Source: a virus (lineage: Duplodnaviria > Caudoviricetes). From it: a DNA stretch of 64,000 bases. The notes beneath the pieces are model-generated. The model worked only from the letters and a program-made list of their open reading frames with translations. It had not been told where the DNA came from and ran no database searches. Each line of letters starts with the position of its first letter. Positions within the stretch are counted from its first letter, which is position 1. Below, piece after piece: positions 39,101 to 47,777 of this stretch. Location: positions 1 to 64,000 of the IMG/VR virus record IMGVR_UViG_2930438282_000003; one strand, written 5' to 3'. The position numbers were made by a program, and so were the translations under genes.

Positions 39101-42100
39101 CGGTGGCCGACGACGGCACCATCCACCGCATCACGGCGCTGAAGAACACCTACGACTCCTACGGTCGCGAACTCACCGAGACCGATGCCGACGGCCGCAC
39201 CACCACCACGGCCTACACGCCCACCACCGGTGCCGCCCCGACCAGCATCAAGGTCACCCAGCCGAAGGTCACCGGTCAGACGGCTGGTTTCACCACCACT
39301 ACCACCCTCGACCCTGCCCGCAGCCTGGACCTGAAGACCACGGACGCGGCCGGCTATTCCACCAGCAGTACCTACGACGCCCTCGGCCGCCTTACCGCCG
39401 TCTGGAATCCGGGCTTTTCCACCAGCAGCAGCCCCAACACTAAATACACCTACAACCTCCGTCCTGACGTTCCCTCGACGGTCACCACCCAGAGCCTGCT
39501 CGACAACAACACCTACCGCACCTCCATCAGCATCTACGATGCGATGCTGCGTGAGCGGGAGACGCAGACGGCGACTGTGGACGGCGGGCGGGTCATCACC
39601 GACACCGTCTATGACAGCCACGGCTGGGCCGTCTCAAGCTCCGACCCCTACTACAACAGTGGTGCTCCCACGGGCACTCTGGTGGCTGCTCCCGACAACG
39701 AGACCCCGTCCCAGACCGGCACGGTCTACGACGGCGCGGGCCGGGTGACAGATTCCATCGCCTACCGCTTCGCCACGGAGACCTGGCGCACCAAGACGGC
39801 CTACCCAGGCTCGGACCGGGTGGATGTCACACCGCCTGCGGGTGCCACCCCGACGACGACCTATGCCGACGCCCGCGGTCAGATGGTCAAGCTGCTGCGC
39901 TATCACGGCACCGCCCCCTCAGGTGCGGCGGACACGGTCACCTACAGCTACGACTCTGCCGGGCATCAAATCGGCCAGGACGACGGCCAGGGCCACACCT
40001 GGTCCAGTCGCTATGACCTCCTCGGTCGCCGCGTCTGGCAGGGCGACCCGGACACAGGGCAGTCCTCGTCGATGTACGACAATGCCGGCCAGACGCTGTC
40101 TACGACTGACGCGCGCGGTAAGACCATCAGCTACACGTACGACGAGATGGGCCGCAAGACGGCCGAGTACGACACCACAGGAGGCTCCGCCCCTTCGGCG
40201 ACGAACGAGCTCGCCTCTTGGGTATACGACACGCTGAAGAAGGGCGAGCCGACTTCCTCCACTCGCTACGTGGGCGGCACCAGCGGCACCGCCTACACGA
40301 ACAAGGTCCTCGGCTACGACAGCCACGGCTGGACCCAAGCCACCGAACTCGTGGTCCCCGCCTCCGAAGGCGCCCTGGCGGGCAACTACATACACCAGAA
40401 CCACTACAAACTGACCGGCACGCTGGAAAGCTACACCGACCAGGACCCGACAGCCATCACGCTCCCCGGGGAGACGGTCTCCTACACCTACGACGCCTAC
40501 GACCGGCCTGTCGGTGTGGGCGGTGACACCAATGGCTGGGCCTATGTCAGCGGCCTGACCTACACAGAGTTTGACGAACCACACCAGTTCACCTACGGCA
40601 CCTCCGGCAATTTCGCTCAGCAGACGCTGAACTACGACGACCAAACTCACCGGCTGACCGACGACACCACAGTCACCAAGTCCGGGGCCGCGATCGCCGA
40701 CAAGACCACCTACAGCTACCAGCCCTCCGGCAACGTCACAAAGATCGCCGACAAGCTGGAGACCGGCCAGACCGACACCCAGTGCTTCACCTACGACTGG
40801 GCACAGCGCCTCAACGCCGCCTGGACCGCAAGCGACAACTGCGCGGCCACCCCCGCACCCGGCTCCTCCACCACTGTGGGTGGTCCCTCCCCGTACTGGC
40901 AGACCTGGACCTACGACGCCACCGGCGCCCGCAACACCCAGGTTGACCACGACCCCACCGGCAACACCTCCCACGACGCCACCGCCACCTACAAGCCCTT
41001 CACGGCGACCAACAAGGGCCCGGCCCACGCGGTAGCCGAGGTGGACAAGGTCACCCCCGGAGACGCGGCCTCCAACACCACCAACGTCTACACCTACGAC
41101 GACGGCGGCAACGTCCACACCCGCACCACCCGCGCGGGCACCGACACCCTCACCTACAACGACGAGGGCATGCTGTCCGGACTGTCCTCCACAGGCTCCG
41201 CCGGCGATACGACGTATCTCTACGACGCCGACGGCAGCCTCCTGCTGCGGCGCAGCCCCGACGCCACCACCCTCTATACCGGCGACGAGGAGATCACCGC
41301 CAAGAAGGGCGCCACCAGCGCCGACGGCGTGCGCTACATCTCCATCGCCGGCCAGACCGTGGCCACCCATTCCTCCGACGGCCACTTCACTTACCTGATC
41401 CCCGACCGCCAGGGCACCGGCACGCTGCAAATCGACTCCCAGACCCAGCAGGTCACCCGCCGCCAGTACAAGCCCTTCGGCGAGACACGCGACCAGAGCG
41501 GCAACTGGGTAGGCCAACAGGGATACGTCGGCGGCACCCAGGACGACAACACGGGCCTGACCAACCTCGGCGCCCGCGAATACGACCCCACCATCGGCCG
41601 CTTCCTCAGCCCCGATCCCGTACTCAACCCCGGCGATCCACAGTCCTGGAACGCCTACGACTACGCCGACGACACACCCGTCACCACCTCCGACCCCTCC
41701 GGCCTGTGCCCTGCAGACCTGTGCGGCGTCGGCTACCCGATCGGCGGCACTGGCACCAGCAAGAGCAACCCGGTCCGCTACGTCACCACCGGCCCAGTCG
41801 ACCCAGGTGGCCGCAACACCGCCGTCTGCCATCACGGCCGCTGCTCGGACGGCCACACCCTCGGTTCAGGCACAGGCGCGGGCGGTGGCAACATCAGCAG
41901 CGCGACCTACGACCCGCAAGCCGAAGCACAAGCCCTGCAGAGGAGCAAGGCCACCGCCGATGCCGCCGCTGCCGCCGCCAAGAAGCAGGCGTCGGGCCTC
42001 AAGCACCAGCTCCTCAGCCTTGTCGCGGACATCATCGGGCTGACCGACGCCTACAACTGCTTCACCAAGGGCAACGTCATGGGCTGCATCAACACAGCCC

Positions 42101-43086
42101 TCACCTTCGTCCCCTGGGGCAAGGTCTTCAAAGCCATCAAGGTCGGCGTCGAAGCCTTCAAGATCTGGCGAAAACTGGACCGCGCCTACACCGCCGTCAA
42201 GGACGCCGAAGAAGCCTCCAAGCTGGCCGAGGACGCGGTCAAGGCCGAACACGCGTTCGCGGACGCCAGCAAGGCGGAAAGTGCCGGAGCCGAAGAGGCC
42301 GGAGGCTGCCTGAAGCACAGCTTCGTGCCGAGCACCCCGGTACGCATGGCAGACGGATCATCCCAACCGATCAGCAAGGTCAAAGCCGGCGACACCGTCC
42401 TGGCCACTGACCCTCAGACCGGCGTCACCGCCCCTGAACAGGTCCAGAACGTCATCGTCACGCACAACGACAAGGACTTCACCACCCTCACCCTGGACAC
42501 CGCCCCCGTCCGCGGCCCGCCCCACCACCAGGCCAAGGACCACCCCTCGGCCCAGCAGACCCTCACCACCACCTGGCACCACCCCTTCTGGGACGCCACC
42601 CACCAACGCTGGACCGACGCCCACGACCTCACCCCGGGCACCAAGCTGCGCCAGGACGACGGCACAGCCGTCATCGTCCGGGCGGTACACAACTTCCATC
42701 AGCACAACACCACATACGACCTCACCGTTGGCAACCTGCACACGTACTATGTACTCGCTGGCAGCACGGCGGTGCTGGTGCACAATTGCAATGGGCCCGT
42801 TAGCCTCTCGGATGACCAGCTCGACATCCATGTCCTGCCGAGGCACGGCCCTGGCTCGCCGGCATCGGGGAGCAAGTTCCACGAAGACATCGACCCAGAC
42901 GACTACGAAGACATCGCGAATGAGGTAGTGGCGAATGCGCCGATGCCCGTCAAGAGGGATCCGGTGACCGGTAACCATGCCCATGAACACGACCTCGGGC
43001 GGGTAGTCGGTGAGAATGGCGAAACTAAGGTCCGGGTCTGGGTTGATGAAGACCAAAACGTCCAGACGATGCATCCAGTCAAATGA
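36136..43086 (+). CDS. Secreted RHS/YD-repeat polymorphic toxin with pretoxin Hint domain (start could be ATG 36175)
   Basis: Signal peptide, YD repeats, GAREYDPTIGRFLSPDP and PVTTSDPSGL core end, Hint HSF...TWHHPFW...VLVHN, 99-aa C-terminal toxin domain. Confidence 0.93.
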   Translation: MGRNSLWRIYRKSMRMRRAPALWIVAVTALGLLTALLSPQSALADGNRPDYLVKTGKERSVPVSAVKGKTAKVPKMARWSTGQARKSWPAAASSDAVVPAQGAVAQRAGKLPVAVSAAKKGHRITAGTKVHVSLPGQAAAQKLGLHGVVFTVRPDQATSGGTARVDLDYSAFKDAYGGDWAGRLRLVSLPACALTTPQSGACRKQTLLTSTNDAKAQTVAAEIALPASTTTQVVLAAEATASGGGGSYAATSLASSGQWSAGGSSGAFSYTYPISTPDVPGSLVPSVSLNYSSQSVDGRTSSTNAQSSWIGDGWDYSPGFVERTYASCSDDTANGTPKTSDECWSDATDTLTLSLNGSSNTLVHDDATNTWHPQDDNGEKIEIKTNTVNGDNDNEYFIVTTADGTKYYFGLNRLPGWASGNATTNSVFTSPVYGNDTGEPCHASAFADSWCQQAYRWNLDYTVDPHGNAISYWYTPETGYYGRDNSTAPTAYTRGGYLSKIQYGQLADKVYDSSAPAAAQVFFDTFERCLPDSDFDCDTSKMTTANATHWPDVPVDQTCASSGSCSNHGPAFFTTQRLTGIRTQVLVGTGYQDVDAWTLSHTFPSTGDTTTPSLWLSQIVHTGKDGGSLAMQPVKFAGQALANRVDGLDGYQPITRYRITTVTTESGEVVTVNYSSPECHRAGTKVLPSSEDSNTYRCYPQYWTPPGQTSPQLDWFNKFVVNSVTAQDPTGNGPPVQTSYEYVGDPAWHFNDDPLTQAKYRTWNQWRGYGTVEARTGTDPEKITLSRQTYFRGMDGDKTSTGTRSVTLKDSADDDSQKDSDWLAGQTFEAQSFNGDNGALLSDGVTDPWTSSATATQSRTKSGLDPVIAHRINTKRARTVTTKANGNKQTTEIDYTIDDATGLPQAVDDQGDTSTSTDDKCTRTWYAQDASGNLLPIPRRVQEVSVACSVTPNLKTDLLSDDLTFFDNSTDNTATPTKGDVTMVQKADSVADDGTIHRITALKNTYDSYGRELTETDADGRTTTTAYTPTTGAAPTSIKVTQPKVTGQTAGFTTTTTLDPARSLDLKTTDAAGYSTSSTYDALGRLTAVWNPGFSTSSSPNTKYTYNLRPDVPSTVTTQSLLDNNTYRTSISIYDAMLRERETQTATVDGGRVITDTVYDSHGWAVSSSDPYYNSGAPTGTLVAAPDNETPSQTGTVYDGAGRVTDSIAYRFATETWRTKTAYPGSDRVDVTPPAGATPTTTYADARGQMVKLLRYHGTAPSGAADTVTYSYDSAGHQIGQDDGQGHTWSSRYDLLGRRVWQGDPDTGQSSSMYDNAGQTLSTTDARGKTISYTYDEMGRKTAEYDTTGGSAPSATNELASWVYDTLKKGEPTSSTRYVGGTSGTAYTNKVLGYDSHGWTQATELVVPASEGALAGNYIHQNHYKLTGTLESYTDQDPTAITLPGETVSYTYDAYDRPVGVGGDTNGWAYVSGLTYTEFDEPHQFTYGTSGNFAQQTLNYDDQTHRLTDDTTVTKSGAAIADKTTYSYQPSGNVTKIADKLETGQTDTQCFTYDWAQRLNAAWTASDNCAATPAPGSSTTVGGPSPYWQTWTYDATGARNTQVDHDPTGNTSHDATATYKPFTATNKGPAHAVAEVDKVTPGDAASNTTNVYTYDDGGNVHTRTTRAGTDTLTYNDEGMLSGLSSTGSAGDTTYLYDADGSLLLRRSPDATTLYTGDEEITAKKGATSADGVRYISIAGQTVATHSSDGHFTYLIPDRQGTGTLQIDSQTQQVTRRQYKPFGETRDQSGNWVGQQGYVGGTQDDNTGLTNLGAREYDPTIGRFLSPDPVLNPGDPQSWNAYDYADDTPVTTSDPSGLCPADLCGVGYPIGGTGTSKSNPVRYVTTGPVDPGGRNTAVCHHGRCSDGHTLGSGTGAGGGNISSATYDPQAEAQALQRSKATADAAAAAAKKQASGLKHQLLSLVADIIGLTDAYNCFTKGNVMGCINTALTFVPWGKVFKAIKVGVEAFKIWRKLDRAYTAVKDAEEASKLAEDAVKAEHAFADASKAESAGAEEAGGCLKHSFVPSTPVRMADGSSQPISKVKAGDTVLATDPQTGVTAPEQVQNVIVTHNDKDFTTLTLDTAPVRGPPHHQAKDHPSAQQTLTTTWHHPFWDATHQRWTDAHDLTPGTKLRQDDGTAVIVRAVHNFHQHNTTYDLTVGNLHTYYVLAGSTAVLVHNCNGPVSLSDDQLDIHVLPRHGPGSPASGSKFHEDIDPDDYEDIANEVVANAPMPVKRDPVTGNHAHEHDLGRVVGENGETKVRVWVDEDQNVQTMHPVK

Positions 43087-43562
43087 TCGCAATCTCCTAC
43101 ACACTTGGTAGTCAGGAAGACCGTCGCGGATGGGAGACCCGCAGAAACTGCGGGTCCGCCACGCGGGGTCAGCTGCTCTGGTCCTTCTTTCCGGCGAGCA
43201 TCGCCATTCGGACGGATGATGCAGAGTGGCGGTGCGACAACTGCTGGATCCCGCTTCTGCACTTCGCCCTGTCGCTTCTCTATGTATGCGAACGCCTGCG
43301 GGAGGAAGAGGAGGCTCGCTATGACTTCACTGAGGTGGAAGGGGAAATCGAGTTTCGTCGGCGAGGTGAGTGGGTGACCGTCGCGCCATCGGACTCATCC
43401 CCGTCACTTCGGTGTACCTACATTGAGCTGTGTGCGGCCGCCGTGGCGTTCGCGCGTCGAGTGGTATTCGATCTGGCCGAGGACTATCCCGCGCTGCGGG
43501 AGACCGAGGTTGCGGTTGACATGCTGGAGAGGGCGGCCAGGATCAGCCCGTCCGACGGCTGA
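43083..43562 (+). CDS. Putative cognate immunity protein
   Basis: ATGA overlap with the Rhs stop; shares lowered GC with the toxin tip. Confidence 0.75.
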   Translation: MIAISYTLGSQEDRRGWETRRNCGSATRGQLLWSFFPASIAIRTDDAEWRCDNCWIPLLHFALSLLYVCERLREEEEARYDFTEVEGEIEFRRRGEWVTVAPSDSSPSLRCTYIELCAAAVAFARRVVFDLAEDYPALRETEVAVDMLERAARISPSDG

Positions 43563-43639
43563 TTCATGCCGCTCCGCCGCGGTGGCAGGGGGAGGTGTCG
43601 CTGGCTGGGACTCCGAGCGGAGCCCCAGCCAGTTGTGGA

Positions 43640-43917
43640 TCAGTGGAAGCGCTCGATGCAGTAGGCCGCTAGCGCGGGCAGACCGGTCAGGGATGCCCTT
43701 ACCGCGACTCGCAGGAGCTCGTCACCCGCGGTCTCCCACAGCCGACGCGCCTGCCGCCACTCCGGACGGAGCCGCCTGAAGTACTCCCATCGCGGGATCC
43801 TGAGCCAGCCCTGTCGGAGGCCCCTGCACTGCGGCTTCTCCCCGAGGGGAGGGCCAGGAAGATGCACGTCAGGTTGCGGTCAGGATCGGGTCCCGTAGTC
43901 TCGTGGTTGGTAGAAAT
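43640..43917 (-). pseudogene. Frameshifted homolog of the ATT-start small protein
   Basis: AAGGAGG-N5-ATT; 278 nt to the stop (1 nt short of frame); shared motifs with 25905-26132. Confidence 0.55.
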
Positions 43918-44140
43918 CGGATCCTCCTTAGGTCCACGGTTTCTTCTCGCAGTCGGTGGCCTCCTGTTGTGAGCAGGGGGCCACCGCCATATAGCTCGAC
44001 AGTGACCCGAAGGCCGCCGCCAAGTAACTCGGCGGTGACCCCGAAAGGCCGCCGAGGGCAACGGTAAAGGAACTCGGCTGCCCCCTCCGTCGGGAGTGGT
44101 CTCAACGACGTAACGGGACGCGATATTGCGAGGCGGCGTG

Positions 44141-44600
44141 TCACCACGTCGCACCCCGACGCAGGAGTTGAACCGCGAGCAGCTTCCACAGCGGGTCGAA
44201 CCACGACTGCATGCTGCCGACGAACGTCGGACCAGGTGAGCTTGGGTCGCGGTCCCTGATGTGGTGGGCGAGCGTGGCGCCGTTTCCGATCACATCGAGC
44301 GCCTCGATCTCCAGGACTTTTGGCATTCCGGGCGTTCGGGATTTGTCGTTCAACATCTTGAGATGCACGTTGAGCACTGCGAGGTCAGCGTGTAGACGTC
44401 GAGGTCGACCTCCGGCAAATTGAACGCCCGCTTGTTGAACGCCCCACGGTCACAGGGTCGCCCGGTTTCACGCCCCAGGGGGGACTCGATCCAGCCTTCG
44501 CTGGTGACCTCCCTGATCGTCCCCTGCGCGGTGCCGCTGATGGAGCGGTTGATGCGCGCCCCGCACACGGACACGCTGGTGCGGATAGGTCCTTGGGCGC
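44141..44600 (-). pseudogene. Decayed GntR/KorSA-like plasmid repressor
   Basis: Fragments SGTAQGTIREVTSEGWIES (wHTH-like), VDLDVYTLTS and FVGSMQSWFDPLWKLLA in different frames. Confidence 0.55.
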
Positions 44601-44869
44601 CGCCCGGTTTCACTCTCCGCGCACATAGAACATCCGGGCGAGTTCTCGTCGGGGCCTGAACAGGTACATTTTGAACGCCGCCCGGTTTCACTAGCCGGGT
44701 TCTGCACCCATACGCCGACTATTCCTCCATCACCCGATCACCCCTCGCCATCCTGATGTTGGTGGGTGAGGGTGGCGTGCCCGCTCCCGGATGAGAACTC
44801 GGATCAGATGGGTGTGCTTCGACAGCTTGCCATTGAGGCAGAAAATGGACGGGGGGCGCCTTGTGATCG

Positions 44870-45910
44870 GGACGTCGGCGACTGGGATTGCGTGACACCC
44901 GCTGTCCGGCGCTGCACCGGCGTAGCCGCCGGCGTCCCTACCTGCCCCGCTTCCTGGGCGTGCCCGCCGTGCACAAGGCGAGCGCCGCAGAATGTAGCAG
45001 GGTCGGGGCAATGTGACGTATCTGTAGTGACCGGGGTGAAACGGTTGAAGATCAATCACTGAGCAGGATTTGCGCAGATCGGCCTATAGTGTGCGGCCGC
45101 ATCCGCAAGATTGTCTGCAAGGGGCCGGGCATGATCAGCATTCCGGAGCTTGTCGTCCTAGCCGCCGCCGGGTATCGCGGCACCCAACTCGCCGTCCATG
45201 ACACGATCCTGGACCCGGCCCGCAACACGGTCTTCGACTGGCAGAGCCGGAACCCCGACAGCCGCGCCCGCACCTTCGTCATCACCCTGATCTCCTGTGT
45301 GTACTGCACCGGCTGGTGGATCTCCGGTGCGCTCCTCGCAGCGTGGCTCCTCGCATCGGGGCAGATGGACAAGGTGCCGTTCCTCGTCCACGGCATCGAA
45401 TGGTTCGCCGTCGCCGGCGCGGCCGTCTTCCTGAACCGCGTCGACGACACCCTGGGCGAGGTGGTGAACCGGTGACCCGCCGCGAGATCGCCGCCGCGGC
45501 GTCCCGATACATCGACCGCAAGGTCCGCACCAAGGGCACCGTCGACCAGGGCTGGCAGGGCCGGGCCTGGGAGCTGTATCACCTGATCCCCGAAGTGCGG
45601 TTCGCCGCGACCTACGTCGCGAACGCCATGTCCGGCGCCACCCTGTACGCGGGCCGCCGCGCCGACGACGGCACGATCGAACCCGCCCCCAACGGGCACC
45701 GCGCCTCGGAGATCGTGCAGCAGATCGCCGGAGGCCCCGACGGGCAGGCCAAGCTTCTCGGCGCGTTCGGCAAACATCTCACCGTGCCCGGGGAGGGCTG
45801 GATCGTCATCCGCCCCAACTCCGACGTCCTGTCCCCGGATGCCCCCGAAGACGGCCACGACTGGCGCGTCCTGTCCACGCGTGAGGTACGCCAGCAGTCC
45901 GGGAAGCTCA
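44870..45910 (+). repeat. Copy 2 of the ~1-kb direct duplication
   Basis: Near-identical to 26816-27857; continues into an intact portal gene. Confidence 0.92.
45131..45475 (+). CDS. DUF1360-like membrane protein, copy 2
   Basis: Near-identical to 27078-27422. Confidence 0.8.
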   Translation: MISIPELVVLAAAGYRGTQLAVHDTILDPARNTVFDWQSRNPDSRARTFVITLISCVYCTGWWISGALLAAWLLASGQMDKVPFLVHGIEWFAVAGAAVFLNRVDDTLGEVVNR

Positions 45911-47226
45911 CCGCCGAAATCGACGGCGAGGACGTCGAGATCCCCGCCGGCGACGAAGAACGCCTCGACCCTGACGCGCCCGTGGCGCTCCGCGTGTGGG
46001 AGCCCGACCCCGAGCGGGCCATCGAATCCGACAGCCCGGTCCGCTCGAGCATCGACCTGCTGGAGGAACTGCTCCTCCTCAACTCCGCGGTGAAGGCTAT
46101 CGCCCGCTCCCGGCTCACCGGCCGGGGCATCCTCCTCGTCCCCAAGGGCACACGCTTCCCCACCCTGCCCACGCAGGGCGACGCCGAGGACGACCTGATC
46201 GAGATCCTCATGCAGGTCGCGGAGACGGCCATCCGCGAACCCGAGTCGGCCGCCGCGACCGTGCCGATCGTGCTGGAAGTCCCCGCGGACTCCATCTCCG
46301 ACTTCAAGTTGCTCACCTTCGAGTCCAACTTCGACGAGCTGGCGCTGAAGCTCCGCGAGGAAGCTGTGAAACGGTTCGCGACCGGCCTGGAAGTCCCGGC
46401 GGAGATTCTCCTCGGCCTTGGCGACGTCAACCACTGGGGTTTGTGGGGGTTGACGGCCGAAGCGATCCGTATGGGCATCGAGCCCAAGCTGGCCACCGTC
46501 TCGTACGCGCTCACCCAGCAGTGGCTGCGGCCTCTCCTGGAGGCGGAGAACGTCGAGGACTGGCACCGCTGGCTCGTCTGGTACGACACCGCGGCCCTCC
46601 GCGTGCGCACCAACCGTGCCGAGACCGCCCTGCAGGCCTACGACCGGGGTGTCATCGGTGCTGCCGCGCTGCGCCGGGAGACCGGCTTCGAGGAGTCCGA
46701 CGCCCCCAGCGCAGAAGAGGAAGAGGCCCGCAACCAGCAGAACGACACCCGGGACCAGGAGGAGCAGGACGGCCAGGAGCAGGCCCCGGAGAAGCCCACG
46801 CCGGACCTGCCGGTCGACGAGACCACCGACGAACCCGGCACCCTGCCCGCCTCCGCCGGGGCCCGCACCACCCCGGGGCTGATCGCCGCGGCGGACGGCC
46901 TGATCTGGGCCGCCCTCTCCTCGGCCGGCGACAAGCTGCTGCGCACGCCGATCTGCCCGCGCAGCGAACGCGCCCGGGCCCGCGAGATCCAGGCCGCCGC
47001 CCTGCACACCGAGCTGAAGGTCGAGCCCGGCCAGGTCGAGCAGTACCGGCTCCTGGAAGGCGCCTGGACCCGCGTCCCCGAGATCGCGAAACGGTACGGC
47101 CTCGAAGCGTCCTGCCTGACGGCCGCGCTCGACGCGTACGCCCGCGAGTTGATCGCCGCCGGGATCGAGCACTCCTATGAGGTGGTGCCCGCCGTCGTCA
47201 CCTCATGCCTGGGCTTGGCCGCATGA
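45472..47226 (+). CDS. Putative phage portal protein (584 aa)
   Basis: AWELYHLIPEVRFA, LTVPGEGW, DSPVRS, GLEVPAEILLG motifs as in actinophage portals; position before head genes; GTGA overlap. Confidence 0.75.
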   Translation: MTRREIAAAASRYIDRKVRTKGTVDQGWQGRAWELYHLIPEVRFAATYVANAMSGATLYAGRRADDGTIEPAPNGHRASEIVQQIAGGPDGQAKLLGAFGKHLTVPGEGWIVIRPNSDVLSPDAPEDGHDWRVLSTREVRQQSGKLTAEIDGEDVEIPAGDEERLDPDAPVALRVWEPDPERAIESDSPVRSSIDLLEELLLLNSAVKAIARSRLTGRGILLVPKGTRFPTLPTQGDAEDDLIEILMQVAETAIREPESAAATVPIVLEVPADSISDFKLLTFESNFDELALKLREEAVKRFATGLEVPAEILLGLGDVNHWGLWGLTAEAIRMGIEPKLATVSYALTQQWLRPLLEAENVEDWHRWLVWYDTAALRVRTNRAETALQAYDRGVIGAAALRRETGFEESDAPSAEEEEARNQQNDTRDQEEQDGQEQAPEKPTPDLPVDETTDEPGTLPASAGARTTPGLIAAADGLIWAALSSAGDKLLRTPICPRSERARAREIQAAALHTELKVEPGQVEQYRLLEGAWTRVPEIAKRYGLEASCLTAALDAYARELIAAGIEHSYEVVPAVVTSCLGLAA

Positions 47227-47245
47227 GGCCGCAGGGAGAACCGGC

Positions 47246-47440
47246 ATGCAATCGGCCCCACTCCGCGTCACCGTCGCCCCAGCCGACGTACGGGAGGACT
47301 GGTGCACGGTCTGCAAGGCGTACACCCGCCTCGTCGGCAGCCTCGCCCTCCTCACCCCGGCCGGCGTGTCCACCGTCGGCACGTGGGCGTGGTGCGAGAT
47401 CTGCGATGACCCCGGCTACCGGGAGGCGACCCGTGGCTGA
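47246..47440 (+). CDS. Small Zn-ribbon protein
   Basis: CTVC...CEIC; GGGAG SD. Confidence 0.6.
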   Translation: MQSAPLRVTVAPADVREDWCTVCKAYTRLVGSLALLTPAGVSTVGTWAWCEICDDPGYREATRG

Positions 47441-47777
47441 CCCGCTCCTGTACCAAGCACCCCTCGGGCACTCCGTGTCCGCGCACCGCGTGCACGGCTG
47501 GTGCGCCATCGAACGCAGCCTCGACGAGGAACTCATCGCCTGGCGCACCCGCGAACGGTCCCGGTACGAGATCGCGAAGACCGTGTGCGCGGCCAGCCCC
47601 GCCATCGACACCACAGCCGAGTACGAGCGGCCCTGCCCGGCCTGCGGGCGGGAAGCCCTCACCGTCACCAGCGTGCGCGTGCAGCTCGACGACGCCCCCC
47701 GCCTGGCCGGCGGGTGGGCGCTGTGCCTCCACTGCAACGCCACCCCCCACCCCGTCATGGAGGACCCCCGTGGCTGA
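47433..47777 (+). CDS. Small Zn-ribbon protein
   Basis: CPAC...CLHC; GGAGG SD; overlaps both neighbours. Confidence 0.6.
   Translation: MADPLLYQAPLGHSVSAHRVHGWCAIERSLDEELIAWRTRERSRYEIAKTVCAASPAIDTTAEYERPCPACGREALTVTSVRVQLDDAPRLAGGWALCLHCNATPHPVMEDPRG

Noticed and set aside
44150-44185. tRNA T-arm-like sequence (GGTTCAACTCC) on the minus strand
   Set aside because: Stem is imperfect, no acceptor/D/anticodon arms can be built, and it lies in the GntR relic reading frame
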